DNA of 51,434 nt from Rikenellaceae bacterium DTU001 (GCA_001512885.1 LFSZ01000031.1:1-51434); one strand, 5' to 3'; shown: positions 27,828-39,360, numbered from the stretch's first letter. A program made the numbers and translations. Notes: generated by a model not told the origin, from the letters alone.

Positions 27828-29084
27828 ATGTTAAATCCTAATGACAAAAATATATTGGTAGCTATTCCTTTAATGAATGAGTTTGAAAATATTTCTACAT
27901 TAATGGAGTGCTTGGCAGATCAAAAACTACGTGCTAAAGTTATTGCTTTATGTGTAAATCAACCCAAACATTGGTCTGACTCGCCTGATAAAAAAGAAAT
28001 TGTCTGTAACAATATCAAAACTCTAAATTACCTAAATCAAATATCCACCTCATACCCGATTAAACTTATTATACTCGATCATGCCTCTACTGGTAAAGGA
28101 TTTGCATCCAAGATTCCTTCAGTAGGTCTTGCACGCAAACTCTGCATTGATGCTTTATTACCTTTAGCAAATGATGATGATATCATTGTAAATATAGATG
28201 CTGACACATATTACCCTAGCAATTACCTAAATAGTTTATACAACATTTACAAACAATTACCTTTATTACAAGGCATTTGTGCACCATATTATCATAAAAT
28301 CAATAATTTATCCAGTAATCAAGCTTTATTAATGCTAAGATATGAGATTTTTTTGAGATATTATACTATTCAATTACTTTTGATCAAGAGCCCATATGCA
28401 TACATGCCTATTGGCTCAGCTATTAGCTTCACTGTTAGAGCTTACAAAAAGTCTGGTAGATTTAAAATCAGAGATGCTGGTGAGGATTTTTATACTATGC
28501 AAAAAATTAGAAAAATAGGCATGGTAAGTGGCTGGTCAGATACTAATGTATATCCATCTGCTAGAAGTTCAGATAGGGTTGTTTTCGGTACAGGTCCTGC
28601 TATAAATTTGACTCTAAGAGAGCAGAGTAAAAAATATCCTTTTTATCCAACCCAACTATTTGAAGCCATCAGAGACATATATCAAAGCATAGAACACTTT
28701 GATATGATAGATGACATTGTAAATCACTTAGAAAAAATAATTCCTAGAGAAATAATTACTAAAATTCACAATAATAATCCCAAAAAACATAGATTTATTC
28801 ATGCAATACACGAATACTTTGATGCCTTTCATATAATAAAATATTTAAATAAAAATTACAAAGTTGATCCAGAAAAAGATTTTGAGCATTTTAAAAAATT
28901 TATTAAAATTAATTTTAATAAAGAGATAAAATATGACAAATGGGAGCAAATACCAATAGATGAATTAAATACTATAAGAGATCAGCTATATAAATTTGAG
29001 TTAAACTTGCAAAAGAGTAAATATAACTATCTAATAAATAATCAAAATAATGACAAGATTTGGAAATATTTATCAACCTGGTAA
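27828..29084 (+). CDS. Glycosyltransferase family 2 (GT-A) protein
   Basis: IP.MNE, VGLARK, DAD, GEDFY and R.SDRV.FGTG motifs. Confidence 0.82.
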   Translation: MLNPNDKNILVAIPLMNEFENISTLMECLADQKLRAKVIALCVNQPKHWSDSPDKKEIVCNNIKTLNYLNQISTSYPIKLIILDHASTGKGFASKIPSVGLARKLCIDALLPLANDDDIIVNIDADTYYPSNYLNSLYNIYKQLPLLQGICAPYYHKINNLSSNQALLMLRYEIFLRYYTIQLLLIKSPYAYMPIGSAISFTVRAYKKSGRFKIRDAGEDFYTMQKIRKIGMVSGWSDTNVYPSARSSDRVVFGTGPAINLTLREQSKKYPFYPTQLFEAIRDIYQSIEHFDMIDDIVNHLEKIIPREIITKIHNNNPKKHRFIHAIHEYFDAFHIIKYLNKNYKVDPEKDFEHFKKFIKINFNKEIKYDKWEQIPIDELNTIRDQLYKFELNLQKSKYNYLINNQNNDKIWKYLSTW

Positions 29085-29238
29085 AATAATAATTTCAGTT
29101 TTTCAGAATCAAAGTACATTATTAACTATTTATCATTATCATCAAAATACACAAAACTATATTTATTAAACAAATAAGATGCTCATTGTTTGATTAGATT
29201 TAAAAGAAGGATAAAAGTTATTTTTTTACTCTAAAACA

Positions 29239-31869
29239 TCATTTTCTAATATTTAATGACACTGCTTTTTTGAATTCTTTTTTATCTCCTTTTGTATTAA
29301 AAGCGGAAATACGTATTATATACCAACCAAACTCACAGCGTTTATCATTATCATCCCTCCCATCCCAGCTATAGCACATATGAGTACCGACATATTCCTG
29401 CCTTAATAAATGTCTCACTGGCTGTCCTGCTAAATTATGCACTGTAATACTAACATGATAACCTGGATCTTTGAAATCGAAACAAATATCTAATAAATCT
29501 TGAAATCCATCATTGTCGGGCGAAAAATATGGTGGATCTATAGTAACCTCATCAGTAAATAAATCATCTGAATATTGACTATTTTTGTATGCAGGAGTAG
29601 CAAAACCGACAGTAGCAGCAGCACTATGCCAATTACTAGACTCATTACTAGGTCTATTAGGATTAACTCTCTCCAGCGATACTCCATCAGTACTTATGAG
29701 AAGAGGATCGTGATATTTAATAGAATATTTTACTAAATCTATTATGGTATCATTAGTCAAAGCTAAAACAATAGTATTAGAATCTTTAGTTATTTTAGGC
29801 AAATTCATATCAATAAAATTTTTAGGGTTTGGAGTATAATATTGCGATAAAATTTGTTTTTTATTTTTGGATAATACAATATATTCTTCTGGAAAAATGG
29901 GAAAACCACCAGGAGCTATTGATTTTTTATTTGCTAGCTCATACAAGGAATCCCTATTAGCAAGTACACAATATTTGAGATCTAAAATTTTATTACTTCT
30001 GTTATAAATTTCTACAAAGGGTGTATTATTTCCGATAGGGTCATGAAGTATCTCATTTATCACTATATCGTAGGGTTCTGGTATATTACCAAAAGCGAAA
30101 CGAGCTGAGGTCTCATGGGGTAACATATTACCCACACAATCTCTTATAGAATCTTTGAAATATATAGTATATATTTCTGAGCTATCAACAGATTCATTAA
30201 ATATTATTGTGATTTCATTATAAAAAGGTTCATTGCCCTTTATATTATTGATGGTTAATAGTGGTTCGATTATATAATTAGAACTATCTAGAGCATAAAT
30301 ACTATCAAGTGGTTCGGTATATAATACTAATAGAGTTGTAGAATTTTGCAGAATAGCTCTTAAAATTTCTGGATTATCATTATCAGGATTAGAGCCATGT
30401 ATAGAATTTATAATTCCTGGAGTACCACCAAATAATGAATTAGTAGCTCTCCAGTTAGTCTCATCAGCACAAGGATTGTTTGGATCTATCATTTCTACAC
30501 TGTAACCACCCTCAGCTTTCAGAGGATCTTGATACCATGTATCTCTGAAAGCTGCAAAAGAAATCACATTACCATCAGGTGAATACAAAACAATATCTGC
30601 CCCCGCATCAGTAATAGAAAAAGATGAGAATCCGAAAGTCTTACAATGTTGTGGTAGATTTTCGAAATCTTGCATACCATCCTGATGACAAAGTATCAAG
30701 TATCCATTAGGATCTATATCTACGTTACCGATAATCCTTGTAGTGTTACTTATCCTAATTTTCCAATTCTCCAAATTAATAGGAAAATGATTAGGATTAT
30801 ATAATTCAATATATTCATAAGGTGGTAGAGCTATAGGTGGATCTGGATCTGCCATTATTTCATTTATTAAAACATCATAAGCTACTGGAATATGAAATGT
30901 AAAAATAATAGTCGTATCTAATGTATTTCCAGCCAAATCTGACACATTATTTATGCTTAGATGATAAATAGTATCATCTATTATTGGATTTGGCATCCAA
31001 GATAAATGTACTGTATTACTACTATTAGGATCATCTAATACAGAAGTTGGTATTCCGAGCCCATGATCAGCATAGTAATTATCACTATCATATATACTAT
31101 TATCCATAGTCTCAGAAAACGTAATAGCTAAATCAAAACTATTAATTACTTTAGCAGATATCACTTTGGGAGGTATAGTATCTATAATAATAGGACCAGC
31201 ATAGAATTCATCAAAATAAAAACTAGTAGCATTAGATGAAGTATATTGATTGAAAACACCTAAATAGTTAGAGGAGGTAAAAGTAGCATCAGTGAATTGC
31301 CCCTCTAATGTATAATTGGACCCGCCACTCTCATCTGAGTACATCAACCAAGTACCATCATCATAGCGTTTTACTCTAATACGTAAAATATTTGTACTTT
31401 TATTTAAATCTGCGCTACTGCCTACTATCAATGCCGTATGATTAGTTCCCTGCTGCTTTACTAGAGTTACTCTGTCATTACCATTATATCCTATAGCTAC
31501 ATAATATCCATTTAGTGATCCTTTTAGATTTTCATTATCAGAACATAAATAAATACGAGCATAATTTCCTGATGATGGATTGAAACTTAATTTTACCCAA
31601 AAATTCCACTCTAAGCTATCTGTAAAAGATTGAACAAATTCAGTTGCCAGATAAGTAGTGTCTGTAGCCGAACCATTAGTACGTAATGAAGGCTTCATAT
31701 TTGCTGGCACTGCTGTACCAGTATAAATAATATATTTGTCCACATCACCAGTCCATTCAGGATTAGATACAAAATCGCCATCCGAAAAATCTTCATAAAA
31801 ATAATTTTGACTGAATATGCTTGCATTTATCAGAAAAAAGAACATTAAAGAAAAATTAAAATATTTCAT
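29239..31869 (-). CDS. Secreted lamin-tail/Ig-like domain protein with type-B-like T9SS C-terminal domain
   Basis: Likely start MKYFNF (31869); two LTDs (INEIMADP...EYIELYN; INEIL...FVEIYN), GTPG/ATP repeats, C-terminal FSPDNDG..D...WDG; TAATTTTG at 31894-31901. Confidence 0.85.
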   Translation of the reverse strand: MKYFNFSLMFFFLINASIFSQNYFYEDFSDGDFVSNPEWTGDVDKYIIYTGTAVPANMKPSLRTNGSATDTTYLATEFVQSFTDSLEWNFWVKLSFNPSSGNYARIYLCSDNENLKGSLNGYYVAIGYNGNDRVTLVKQQGTNHTALIVGSSADLNKSTNILRIRVKRYDDGTWLMYSDESGGSNYTLEGQFTDATFTSSNYLGVFNQYTSSNATSFYFDEFYAGPIIIDTIPPKVISAKVINSFDLAITFSETMDNSIYDSDNYYADHGLGIPTSVLDDPNSSNTVHLSWMPNPIIDDTIYHLSINNVSDLAGNTLDTTIIFTFHIPVAYDVLINEIMADPDPPIALPPYEYIELYNPNHFPINLENWKIRISNTTRIIGNVDIDPNGYLILCHQDGMQDFENLPQHCKTFGFSSFSITDAGADIVLYSPDGNVISFAAFRDTWYQDPLKAEGGYSVEMIDPNNPCADETNWRATNSLFGGTPGIINSIHGSNPDNDNPEILRAILQNSTTLLVLYTEPLDSIYALDSSNYIIEPLLTINNIKGNEPFYNEITIIFNESVDSSEIYTIYFKDSIRDCVGNMLPHETSARFAFGNIPEPYDIVINEILHDPIGNNTPFVEIYNRSNKILDLKYCVLANRDSLYELANKKSIAPGGFPIFPEEYIVLSKNKKQILSQYYTPNPKNFIDMNLPKITKDSNTIVLALTNDTIIDLVKYSIKYHDPLLISTDGVSLERVNPNRPSNESSNWHSAAATVGFATPAYKNSQYSDDLFTDEVTIDPPYFSPDNDGFQDLLDICFDFKDPGYHVSITVHNLAGQPVRHLLRQEYVGTHMCYSWDGRDDNDKRCEFGWYIIRISAFNTKGDKKEFKKAVSLNIRK

Positions 31870-31987
31870 AAAATCAAAATTTTTATTTATTCGCAAAATT
31901 ACATAATAAAATATTAAAAAATAATTAAAAAAGATATAAAAGAAATAATGGATGAAACTTTACAAGAAAATATTTTGATTAATTTAA

Positions 31988-33319
31988 TTAATAATTTTCA
32001 AAAATCAATGCCTGAGCAGATTTAATGTCATTTAGTTTGCCATCATCTAATATTAAATTACCGTTTACCCAAACTTTTTTAATAGAGATAGGCAATGTAA
32101 AATTTTCGTATGGACTCCATCCACACTTATATTTCAATTTTTCAGTACTAATTGTTTCTTTTACCTTGTCATCCACCAAAACTAAATCTGCATAATAACC
32201 TTCGCGAATATAACCTCTATTTTTAATTTTAAAAATCTTAGCTGGATTATGAGTCATTTTTTCAATTAGATCTGGCAAACTAAGATATCCTTGATTTACG
32301 AGATTCCACATTAATCCCAAGTTATGCTGTATAGAAGGGAGTCCCGAAGGAGCTAAATCATAATTTTTTTGTTTTTCATGTTTTAGATGTGGTGCGTGAT
32401 CGCTAGCAATAGTATCTATTATATTTAATGAATTTAACAATTGTATTCGTTGCTCTGGCGTAGATTTGATAGAGGGATTTACTTTAATCAAATTACCAAA
32501 AACATCATAATGTGATAAATCGAAATACAAATAATGGGGGCAAGTTTCTATAGATAAATGTTTTATTTGATCTCTCCATTGTAAAATAAAGTTTAATTCA
32601 TTAATATGCGAAACATGCAAATAATGCAAACGAGTCTGATATTTACTAGCTAGCCCTAAGATATCTTTAGCTGCGATAATACATGCATCCAACCCACGAA
32701 TAATAGGATGTATGTAGACATCATTTTTGAATGAACCTAGATACAAAGACTCATTATACTGAATAGTAGCATTATCTTCGGAATGTACAGCTATCAAAAA
32801 AGGAAGTTTAAAAACTTCATTAATAATTTCGGTATCTATCAGATTCAAACCACCAGTAGTATCACCCCAAAAAATTTTAATACCTGCTATTTGAGTAGGA
32901 TTTATCTGTTGTAAATCTAAAATATTATTTTCAACAGCAGTTAAAAAAAATCCATAATTAATAAAAGATTTATCACGAGCAATAATAAGTTTATGCTCGA
33001 GTGTTTTCTTATTAGTAGTAGGTGGTAATGTATTTGGCATATCAATAAATGAAGTAACGCCACCATAGAGAGCTGCTAGAGATTCTGAAGCTATGGTAGC
33101 CTTATCTATATATCCAGGCTCTCTAAAGTGCACATGAGAATCTATGATACCTGGAATGAGATAATTGCCTTGTCCATCAATTTTTTGATAAGAAGTAGGA
33201 GTCGAGCTACTAGAATTATGATTTATTTTTTCAATTAATCCATTAGAAATGAAAATTTCACCATTAAATATTTTACCTTCATTAATAATGTTTACATTAT
33301 AAATATGAAATCGATCCAT
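31988..33319 (-). CDS. pyrC: Dihydroorotase
   Basis: DSHVHFREPG, DMPNT, KVNP, SDHAPH and KCGWSP; start MDRF (33319) overlaps the upstream stop (TAATG). Confidence 0.9.
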   Translation of the reverse strand: MDRFHIYNVNIINEGKIFNGEIFISNGLIEKINHNSSSSTPTSYQKIDGQGNYLIPGIIDSHVHFREPGYIDKATIASESLAALYGGVTSFIDMPNTLPPTTNKKTLEHKLIIARDKSFINYGFFLTAVENNILDLQQINPTQIAGIKIFWGDTTGGLNLIDTEIINEVFKLPFLIAVHSEDNATIQYNESLYLGSFKNDVYIHPIIRGLDACIIAAKDILGLASKYQTRLHYLHVSHINELNFILQWRDQIKHLSIETCPHYLYFDLSHYDVFGNLIKVNPSIKSTPEQRIQLLNSLNIIDTIASDHAPHLKHEKQKNYDLAPSGLPSIQHNLGLMWNLVNQGYLSLPDLIEKMTHNPAKIFKIKNRGYIREGYYADLVLVDDKVKETISTEKLKYKCGWSPYENFTLPISIKKVWVNGNLILDDGKLNDIKSAQALIFENY

Positions 33320-34053
33320 TATTTTTTTAAAAGTTTTTTTACATTGCGAAAACGCATTTGTATGACACCCCACATAGCTTCGAAAACTATTTTTTTATTC
33401 ATTTTGGATTGTCCATGCTGTCTTTCGGAAAATATAATAGGTATTTCTTTGATTTTAAATCCTAATTTATAAGCATAATATTTCATTTCTATCTGAAATG
33501 CATAACCAATGAATGATATTTTATCGAGATCAATAGAAGATAAAAATGATGCTTTATAACATACAAACCCTGCTGTAGAATCTTTTACAGGCATACCAGT
33601 AATGATATTTACGTATTTAGAAGCAAAATAAGATAATAATACTCGAGACAAAGGCCAATTCATCACTGTAATACCCGAGACATATCTCGAACCTATAGAT
33701 AAATCATAATTATCATCTCTACAGGTAGCTAACAGCCTAACGAGATCTTCGGGATTATGCGAAAAATCGGCATCCATTTCTAGAATATATTCATAATTAT
33801 GCTCTAATGCCCATTTGAAACCAGCAATATATGCACGCCCTAGACCCTCTTTTTTTTCTCTTAATAATAGATTTAGATTATCGGGAAATTCATCTATTAG
33901 ACTTTTAACTATGTCTGAGGTCCCATCTGGAGAATTATCATCTACTACAAGAATATCAAAGGGTTCGGGCAAAGAAAATACTGTTCTTATGATAGACTCT
34001 ATATTTTCTTTTTCATTATAAGTGGGTATGATTACAATAGCTTGATTATGCAC
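33319..34053 (-). CDS. Polyprenol monophosphomannose synthase (DPM1-like GT2)
   Basis: IIPTYNE, VDDNSPDGT, MDADFSH and GSRY; probable GTG start at 34053 downstream of the TACTTTTG box (34069-34076). Confidence 0.92.
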   Translation of the reverse strand: MHNQAIVIIPTYNEKENIESIIRTVFSLPEPFDILVVDDNSPDGTSDIVKSLIDEFPDNLNLLLREKKEGLGRAYIAGFKWALEHNYEYILEMDADFSHNPEDLVRLLATCRDDNYDLSIGSRYVSGITVMNWPLSRVLLSYFASKYVNIITGMPVKDSTAGFVCYKASFLSSIDLDKISFIGYAFQIEMKYYAYKLGFKIKEIPIIFSERQHGQSKMNKKIVFEAMWGVIQMRFRNVKKLLKK

Positions 34054-34170
34054 AAAAAATATTTTATGCAAAAGTAAGTATTTTTTTTTTTAATAATAGA
34101 AAAATATTGATTTTTATTTAAATCTTAAAAAATTCATATTTTTGTAAAAATATTGATTTATTTATAATAA

Positions 34171-36552
34171 ATGGACGAAAAACCTAAAATTCCTAAATAT
34201 AATAATGAATTTAACCCATATATTTTTAAAATAGTTTTTAAAAAGAACCTATGGCTTTTGCTATTGTATTTATTTGTAACATTATTTATTGTTTTTGCAT
34301 CTATTAGATATACAAAACCTGTATACCAAGCTAAAGCAGTAATACAATTAAACATTGAAAATAGAGCATCAGAAGTAATAAGCTCAAGTGCATTGAATAA
34401 AGATAATATATACACTAGTGTAGAAGTACTCTCATCACCAGAATTTATAAAAAGAGTAATAAAACAATTACCTCTAAACACAAGTATATATGCTAAAGGC
34501 AAAATATTAGATTTCGAGTTGTATCGCTCTGCTCCCTTTCTATTTACTTATGAGATAATTGACAGCTTAATAATAAATAAACTGATTAATATAGAAATCA
34601 AAAATGATAATACTATAGATATCTTTTATAAAATTAATAATAACACTTATGCTACTCAGGGTACATTTTATGATACTATTATATTAGACCATATAAAGTT
34701 TGTTTTAATACCCAAAGATGAAATTAAAGAAGGCGATTATTGCATTATTATTCATGATTTACCAAGTTTAATCAAGCAATATCGTTATCAATTATCTACA
34801 AATATTCTAAATCCTAATGCTGGATCAATAGAGTTGTCTTTTAGTGATCAAAATCCTTTAAAATGTGTGGATTTTTTAAATACTGTAATACAAGAGTACA
34901 AATTTTTTGATGTAGAACAACGCACTATGAGTGCTAGAAGCATGCTAGAATATATAGATCAGCAATTAGAATCTCTAGAAGATATTATCAAACAACAGAG
35001 CGGTAATGATAATATAGCTTTATCTACAAATGATACTTTCACTTCGTTTTTTTCTTTAAAGCAAGAAATAAATAAATTAGAGTTGGAGATAGAGCGCATC
35101 AATGATGAGATAGTAATTTTGAATAAATCACAAGAGATATTGAATAAAGATTCGTTGAATACATCTAGATTAATAGTATATTTATCTCAAACTAGTTATT
35201 ACAATATTTTATCAACATTTGTAAACGAGTATCGCTCATTATTAGAACAGTATCTGGCTCTATCTGCTATATATTCTACCAATACATATACATTAGAACA
35301 ATTAAAATGGAAAATACATTATAGCAAAAATTCATTAAATGATATTTTAGAAACACTAATAGAAAGATCTAATTTTCAATTATCATCATTGAAAAAACAA
35401 TTGCAAAATTATAAATCTAAGCTAAGCAATATTGAAAAGAAAGCAGGTATAACAACAATGGAACCCTTAACTGATATATCTCAGTCAAGCCTAAAATATT
35501 ATGAACAATTTCTAAATAAAAAATTGGAATATACCCTCTATGTAGCTGGTATAGTATCAGATCTGGTCGTTTTAGAAGAACCAACTCTACTTTCTAATCC
35601 AATTTACCCTAACAAAACTAAATCATTAATAATAGGATTATTTATATTTATTTTGATCTCAACTTCTACTTTAATATGGAAATATATAAAATATGATAAT
35701 ATACTGTCTATCCAAGATATAGAATCACTATTCCCTGATACTCCCATATTGTCTTTGCCATTATTTAATGGTGATATTCCAGATTCTCAGCTTATTATAC
35801 ACAAGTATAAAAGATCACTTCTAACAGAATCATTTAGAAAGATCAAAAGTCATCTTTTGCTAATAAATCAAGATAACATACCTAAAGTAATAGTAATTAC
35901 AAGTACTATACCAGGAGAGGGCAAAACCTTTATAGCTATTAATCTGGGTGGCATTCTAGCTTTATCTAACAAAAAAGTATTGATCATAGACACTGACCTG
36001 AGAAGGCCTAAAATGAGCATTGGATTTAATAATAAATCAGAATTGGGACTATCTAGCTATTTGCAAGGTGAATGTAGCATAGAACAATGTATTTGCCATA
36101 CAGAGCTTAGTAATCTATTTTATTTCCCAGCAGGACCCTTACCAGAATATCCTAATGAGCTATTGACTAGTAACAAAATGGATAAATTAATAGAAGAGCT
36201 TACCCAATCCTATGATATAGTTATACTAGACACGCCTCCAATAGGCCTTATATCGGATGCTACCAAATTTATTATGTTAGCTGACACTACATTTTATGTT
36301 TTTAGAAGTGATTTTTCTAAAAAAGAATTTTTGTATAATGTAAAAAAATTAAAACAAGAATTAAATCCTAAAAATCTGATACTTGTATTAAATGGTTTCA
36401 ATGAAAAATATATTAGAAAAGCAAAATATAGCAATTATGGTTATGAGTACAAATACGATATCTATGGGTACTATGATGGATATGGAGTGAAAGAAACAAA
36501 ACAATCAAAATCTATGAAAAAATATTTAAATTATTTTTCTAAGAAAAAATAA
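34171..36552 (+). CDS. wzc: Polysaccharide co-polymerase / BY-kinase
   Basis: Two TM helices, coiled coil, ESFR, GEGKT, DTDLRRP, DTPP and a C-terminal Tyr cluster. Confidence 0.9.
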   Translation: MDEKPKIPKYNNEFNPYIFKIVFKKNLWLLLLYLFVTLFIVFASIRYTKPVYQAKAVIQLNIENRASEVISSSALNKDNIYTSVEVLSSPEFIKRVIKQLPLNTSIYAKGKILDFELYRSAPFLFTYEIIDSLIINKLINIEIKNDNTIDIFYKINNNTYATQGTFYDTIILDHIKFVLIPKDEIKEGDYCIIIHDLPSLIKQYRYQLSTNILNPNAGSIELSFSDQNPLKCVDFLNTVIQEYKFFDVEQRTMSARSMLEYIDQQLESLEDIIKQQSGNDNIALSTNDTFTSFFSLKQEINKLELEIERINDEIVILNKSQEILNKDSLNTSRLIVYLSQTSYYNILSTFVNEYRSLLEQYLALSAIYSTNTYTLEQLKWKIHYSKNSLNDILETLIERSNFQLSSLKKQLQNYKSKLSNIEKKAGITTMEPLTDISQSSLKYYEQFLNKKLEYTLYVAGIVSDLVVLEEPTLLSNPIYPNKTKSLIIGLFIFILISTSTLIWKYIKYDNILSIQDIESLFPDTPILSLPLFNGDIPDSQLIIHKYKRSLLTESFRKIKSHLLLINQDNIPKVIVITSTIPGEGKTFIAINLGGILALSNKKVLIIDTDLRRPKMSIGFNNKSELGLSSYLQGECSIEQCICHTELSNLFYFPAGPLPEYPNELLTSNKMDKLIEELTQSYDIVILDTPPIGLISDATKFIMLADTTFYVFRSDFSKKEFLYNVKKLKQELNPKNLILVLNGFNEKYIRKAKYSNYGYEYKYDIYGYYDGYGVKETKQSKSMKKYLNYFSKKK

Positions 36553-36557
36553 ATAAT

Positions 36558-37100
36558 ATGGAAGCAATTAATTTAGAAATAGAAGGATTAATTTTATTCA
36601 AACCCGTTATTTATAAAGATAATAGAGGTTATTTTTTAGAAACTCAAAGAAAAAGTCATCTCAATGAAGCAGAGATAACAGATGATTTTGTTCAAGAGAA
36701 TGAGTCACTATCTATTCGTAATGTCATTAGAGGTCTACATTTCCAAGTGCCACCTCATCCACAGGCCAAACTAGTAAGGGTAGTGAAGGGCAAAGCCATA
36801 GATGTAGCTGTGGATTTACGAAAAAATAGCCCTACCTATGGCAAATATCTAATGATAGAATTGAATGAAACTGAAAAACAATCGTTTTATATTCCTATAG
36901 GTTTTGCTCATGGTTTTATTTCATTAGCTGATGAAACGATATTACTATATAAATGCTCAGATTATTACAGCAAAGAATGTGAAAAAACTATAGCGTGGGA
37001 CGATCCCACCCTCAATATTCCGTGGAATTGTAAAGCTCCAATATTATCCGATAAAGATAGAAATGGCATATTATTTGATGATTTTAATTCACCTTTTTAA
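36558..37100 (+). CDS. rfbC: dTDP-4-dehydrorhamnose 3,5-epimerase
   Basis: DNRGYF, RGLHFQ, QAKLV, DVAVDLR and GFAHGF. Confidence 0.97.
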   Translation: MEAINLEIEGLILFKPVIYKDNRGYFLETQRKSHLNEAEITDDFVQENESLSIRNVIRGLHFQVPPHPQAKLVRVVKGKAIDVAVDLRKNSPTYGKYLMIELNETEKQSFYIPIGFAHGFISLADETILLYKCSDYYSKECEKTIAWDDPTLNIPWNCKAPILSDKDRNGILFDDFNSPF

Positions 37101-37156
37101 AAATTATGTAACAATTAAAAGGATATGAACTAATCGGTTATTAAGTTATTATAATT

Positions 37157-38164
37157 ATGAAGCAATTATGCTTATTTATAAACATTTTAATTTTTAATTT
37201 TTTATTAGGGCAAAAATCTACTCTTGTTTATCCACCGCACCTAGATAGCTTATTATTATATGAAAATTTAATAATAGAAGGAAAAAATGATTTTATAAAA
37301 TTACAATCAAATGAATATTTTTTTCGCTTAATCTCAGAAATACTAAGCTATCCAGATGCCTATAGATATGATTTTGATACTTTGAAAATATTATATACTC
37401 TTAGAGGCGATGATTTTTTAATTATTACTTGGGGAGTACCACTATCTACAGGCAAAACTATTCCTTATGGGTTTACTTTAAAAAAATTGTCAAAAGATGA
37501 TACTTATAGATTAACAGAATTAAAAAATATAAAAAATTCGTTATCAGATCCTGAACGAGCAATATTAAAAAATGGAGATTGGTGGGGAGCAATATATTAT
37601 CAAATTATACCTTTAGAAATTAATAATATTAAATGTTACACATTATTAGGTTGGGATGGTGAGAATGAATTGTATCAATCAAAACTCATAGATGTATTGA
37701 GTTTTTCGTATAATGGTCTGCCTATTTTTGGTAAAAGAATATTTAGAAATATACCAGACAAAAAAAATCCTACTCGGTTAATTTTCAGATATAGCGATGA
37801 AGCTGTAATGACTCTGAGATACGAAAAGCAATCTTATGAAATAAATACAGTAAAAATAAAAAAAAGAAATAAACCTAATCGATCTAGAAATTTTAAAAAA
37901 GCACAAAAAAGAGATAAAAAAATTGTAAAGACTAAAAGATATAATAGTAATATGATAGTATTCAATACTTTATCACCACTCAATAAATTTTTAGATGAAC
38001 AATATCAATATTATTTTCCAAATGCCGAAGATTTAGTGGGTTTAGAATTAATAGACAATAGATGGGTCTATAGAACAAACATAGATGCACGTAATGCTCC
38101 AGATGATCAAGATAATTATAATCCTGAAAAAAGAATTCATAAAAATAAAATACCTAAATACTAA
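37157..38164 (+). CDS. Conserved hypothetical exported protein
   Basis: Signal peptide; WWGAIYY and YTLLGWDG motifs; basic insertion near the C-terminus. Confidence 0.7.
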   Translation: MKQLCLFINILIFNFLLGQKSTLVYPPHLDSLLLYENLIIEGKNDFIKLQSNEYFFRLISEILSYPDAYRYDFDTLKILYTLRGDDFLIITWGVPLSTGKTIPYGFTLKKLSKDDTYRLTELKNIKNSLSDPERAILKNGDWWGAIYYQIIPLEINNIKCYTLLGWDGENELYQSKLIDVLSFSYNGLPIFGKRIFRNIPDKKNPTRLIFRYSDEAVMTLRYEKQSYEINTVKIKKRNKPNRSRNFKKAQKRDKKIVKTKRYNSNMIVFNTLSPLNKFLDEQYQYYFPNAEDLVGLELIDNRWVYRTNIDARNAPDDQDNYNPEKRIHKNKIPKY

Positions 38165-38225
38165 ATATTTTTGTATATTTCTAAATCAATTGAAAAAAAT
38201 TGTGCAATTTTGCTAAAAAATTTTT

Positions 38226-39146
38226 ATGAATAAAACTAAAAAAATATTGATAGCTGTTATATTTATAGCTTCTATAGGTTTCTTATATTGGGGGATCAAC
38301 TTTTTAAAAGGTTTAAAAATATTTTCTGACAATACTATTGTTTACGTAGATTATGATGAGACTTATGGTTTGACTACTAATAGCCCTGTACTTTTGAATG
38401 GCCTCAATATTGGTAAAGTAGATGAATTTAAATTTATATCTGATGATTACAAGGTTCGAGTGCGATTACTCATTCAAACCAATATAGAAATCCCAAAGAA
38501 TTCAATTGCATTAATAACAAGTGGAGATTTTTTAGAAGGTAAAGTAATAAAAATAATCTTGGGTGATGCTAAAGAATATATAAAAGATAATGATTTTTTA
38601 AAAGGAGAAGTGAGTCCAGATTTTACTCAAATACTAGGAGCCGAACTCTCACCTTTAAAAGAAAAGGCCATTACCCTTATGGCCTCAATAGATAGTACTA
38701 TATCAATTTTTCAAAATATCGCTAATCCACAAGTTCAAAATGATTTGATAATGACAATAGAAAATATAAAAAAAACTACAATTAGTTTAAATAAATCTCT
38801 AGAAAACATTGAAAATATAAGCTCTAATATAAAAGCTAATAATGATAAAATAAATCAAATCATTACAAATATAAATCAGATAACAGATACGATAAAAAAT
38901 AGTGATTTGCATTTGGTGATAAATAATTTGAATAAAGATATCTATGAACTTCAAAAGATTATAGATACTATTAATATGAAATCTGGCACTATTGGCAAAT
39001 TGATATACGATGATAGTTTATATTTTTATCTAACAAAAAGCTCTCAAAGTCTTAATTATTTATTAGAAGACTTACGTAAAAATCCCAAACGATATATTAA
39101 TCTAAGTCTTATATCATTCGGATCTTCATCAAAAGAGAGAAAATAA
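38226..39146 (+). CDS. mlaD: MCE/MlaD family protein
   Basis: N-terminal TM, WGINFLKG, GL...SPV..NG..IGKV, GTIGKLIYD and DLRKNPKRY. Confidence 0.9.
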   Translation: MNKTKKILIAVIFIASIGFLYWGINFLKGLKIFSDNTIVYVDYDETYGLTTNSPVLLNGLNIGKVDEFKFISDDYKVRVRLLIQTNIEIPKNSIALITSGDFLEGKVIKIILGDAKEYIKDNDFLKGEVSPDFTQILGAELSPLKEKAITLMASIDSTISIFQNIANPQVQNDLIMTIENIKKTTISLNKSLENIENISSNIKANNDKINQIITNINQITDTIKNSDLHLVINNLNKDIYELQKIIDTINMKSGTIGKLIYDDSLYFYLTKSSQSLNYLLEDLRKNPKRYINLSLISFGSSSKERK

Positions 39147-39321
39147 AAAAAGTTGATTTCTTAATTAGCTAATATAACAAAATCTTTATTTAACATACAA
39201 AGATGACTATATTGCATTATTAAGTTACTTACTTCTTTTTTTGGTTTAGAAATTACAATAAGATGCAATTTTCTCAAATGTTTTAAAATTTTTTTTCGAT
39301 TTTTTAAAGTATAATTATCAT

Positions 39322-39360
39322 TCATAGGCAATTTTTATTTAATAACGTAAATACCTATGA
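39322..39360. terminator. Possible hairpin between convergent mlaD and sigma genes
   Basis: TCATAGGCA ... TACCTATGA inverted repeat with a long AT loop. Confidence 0.35.
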
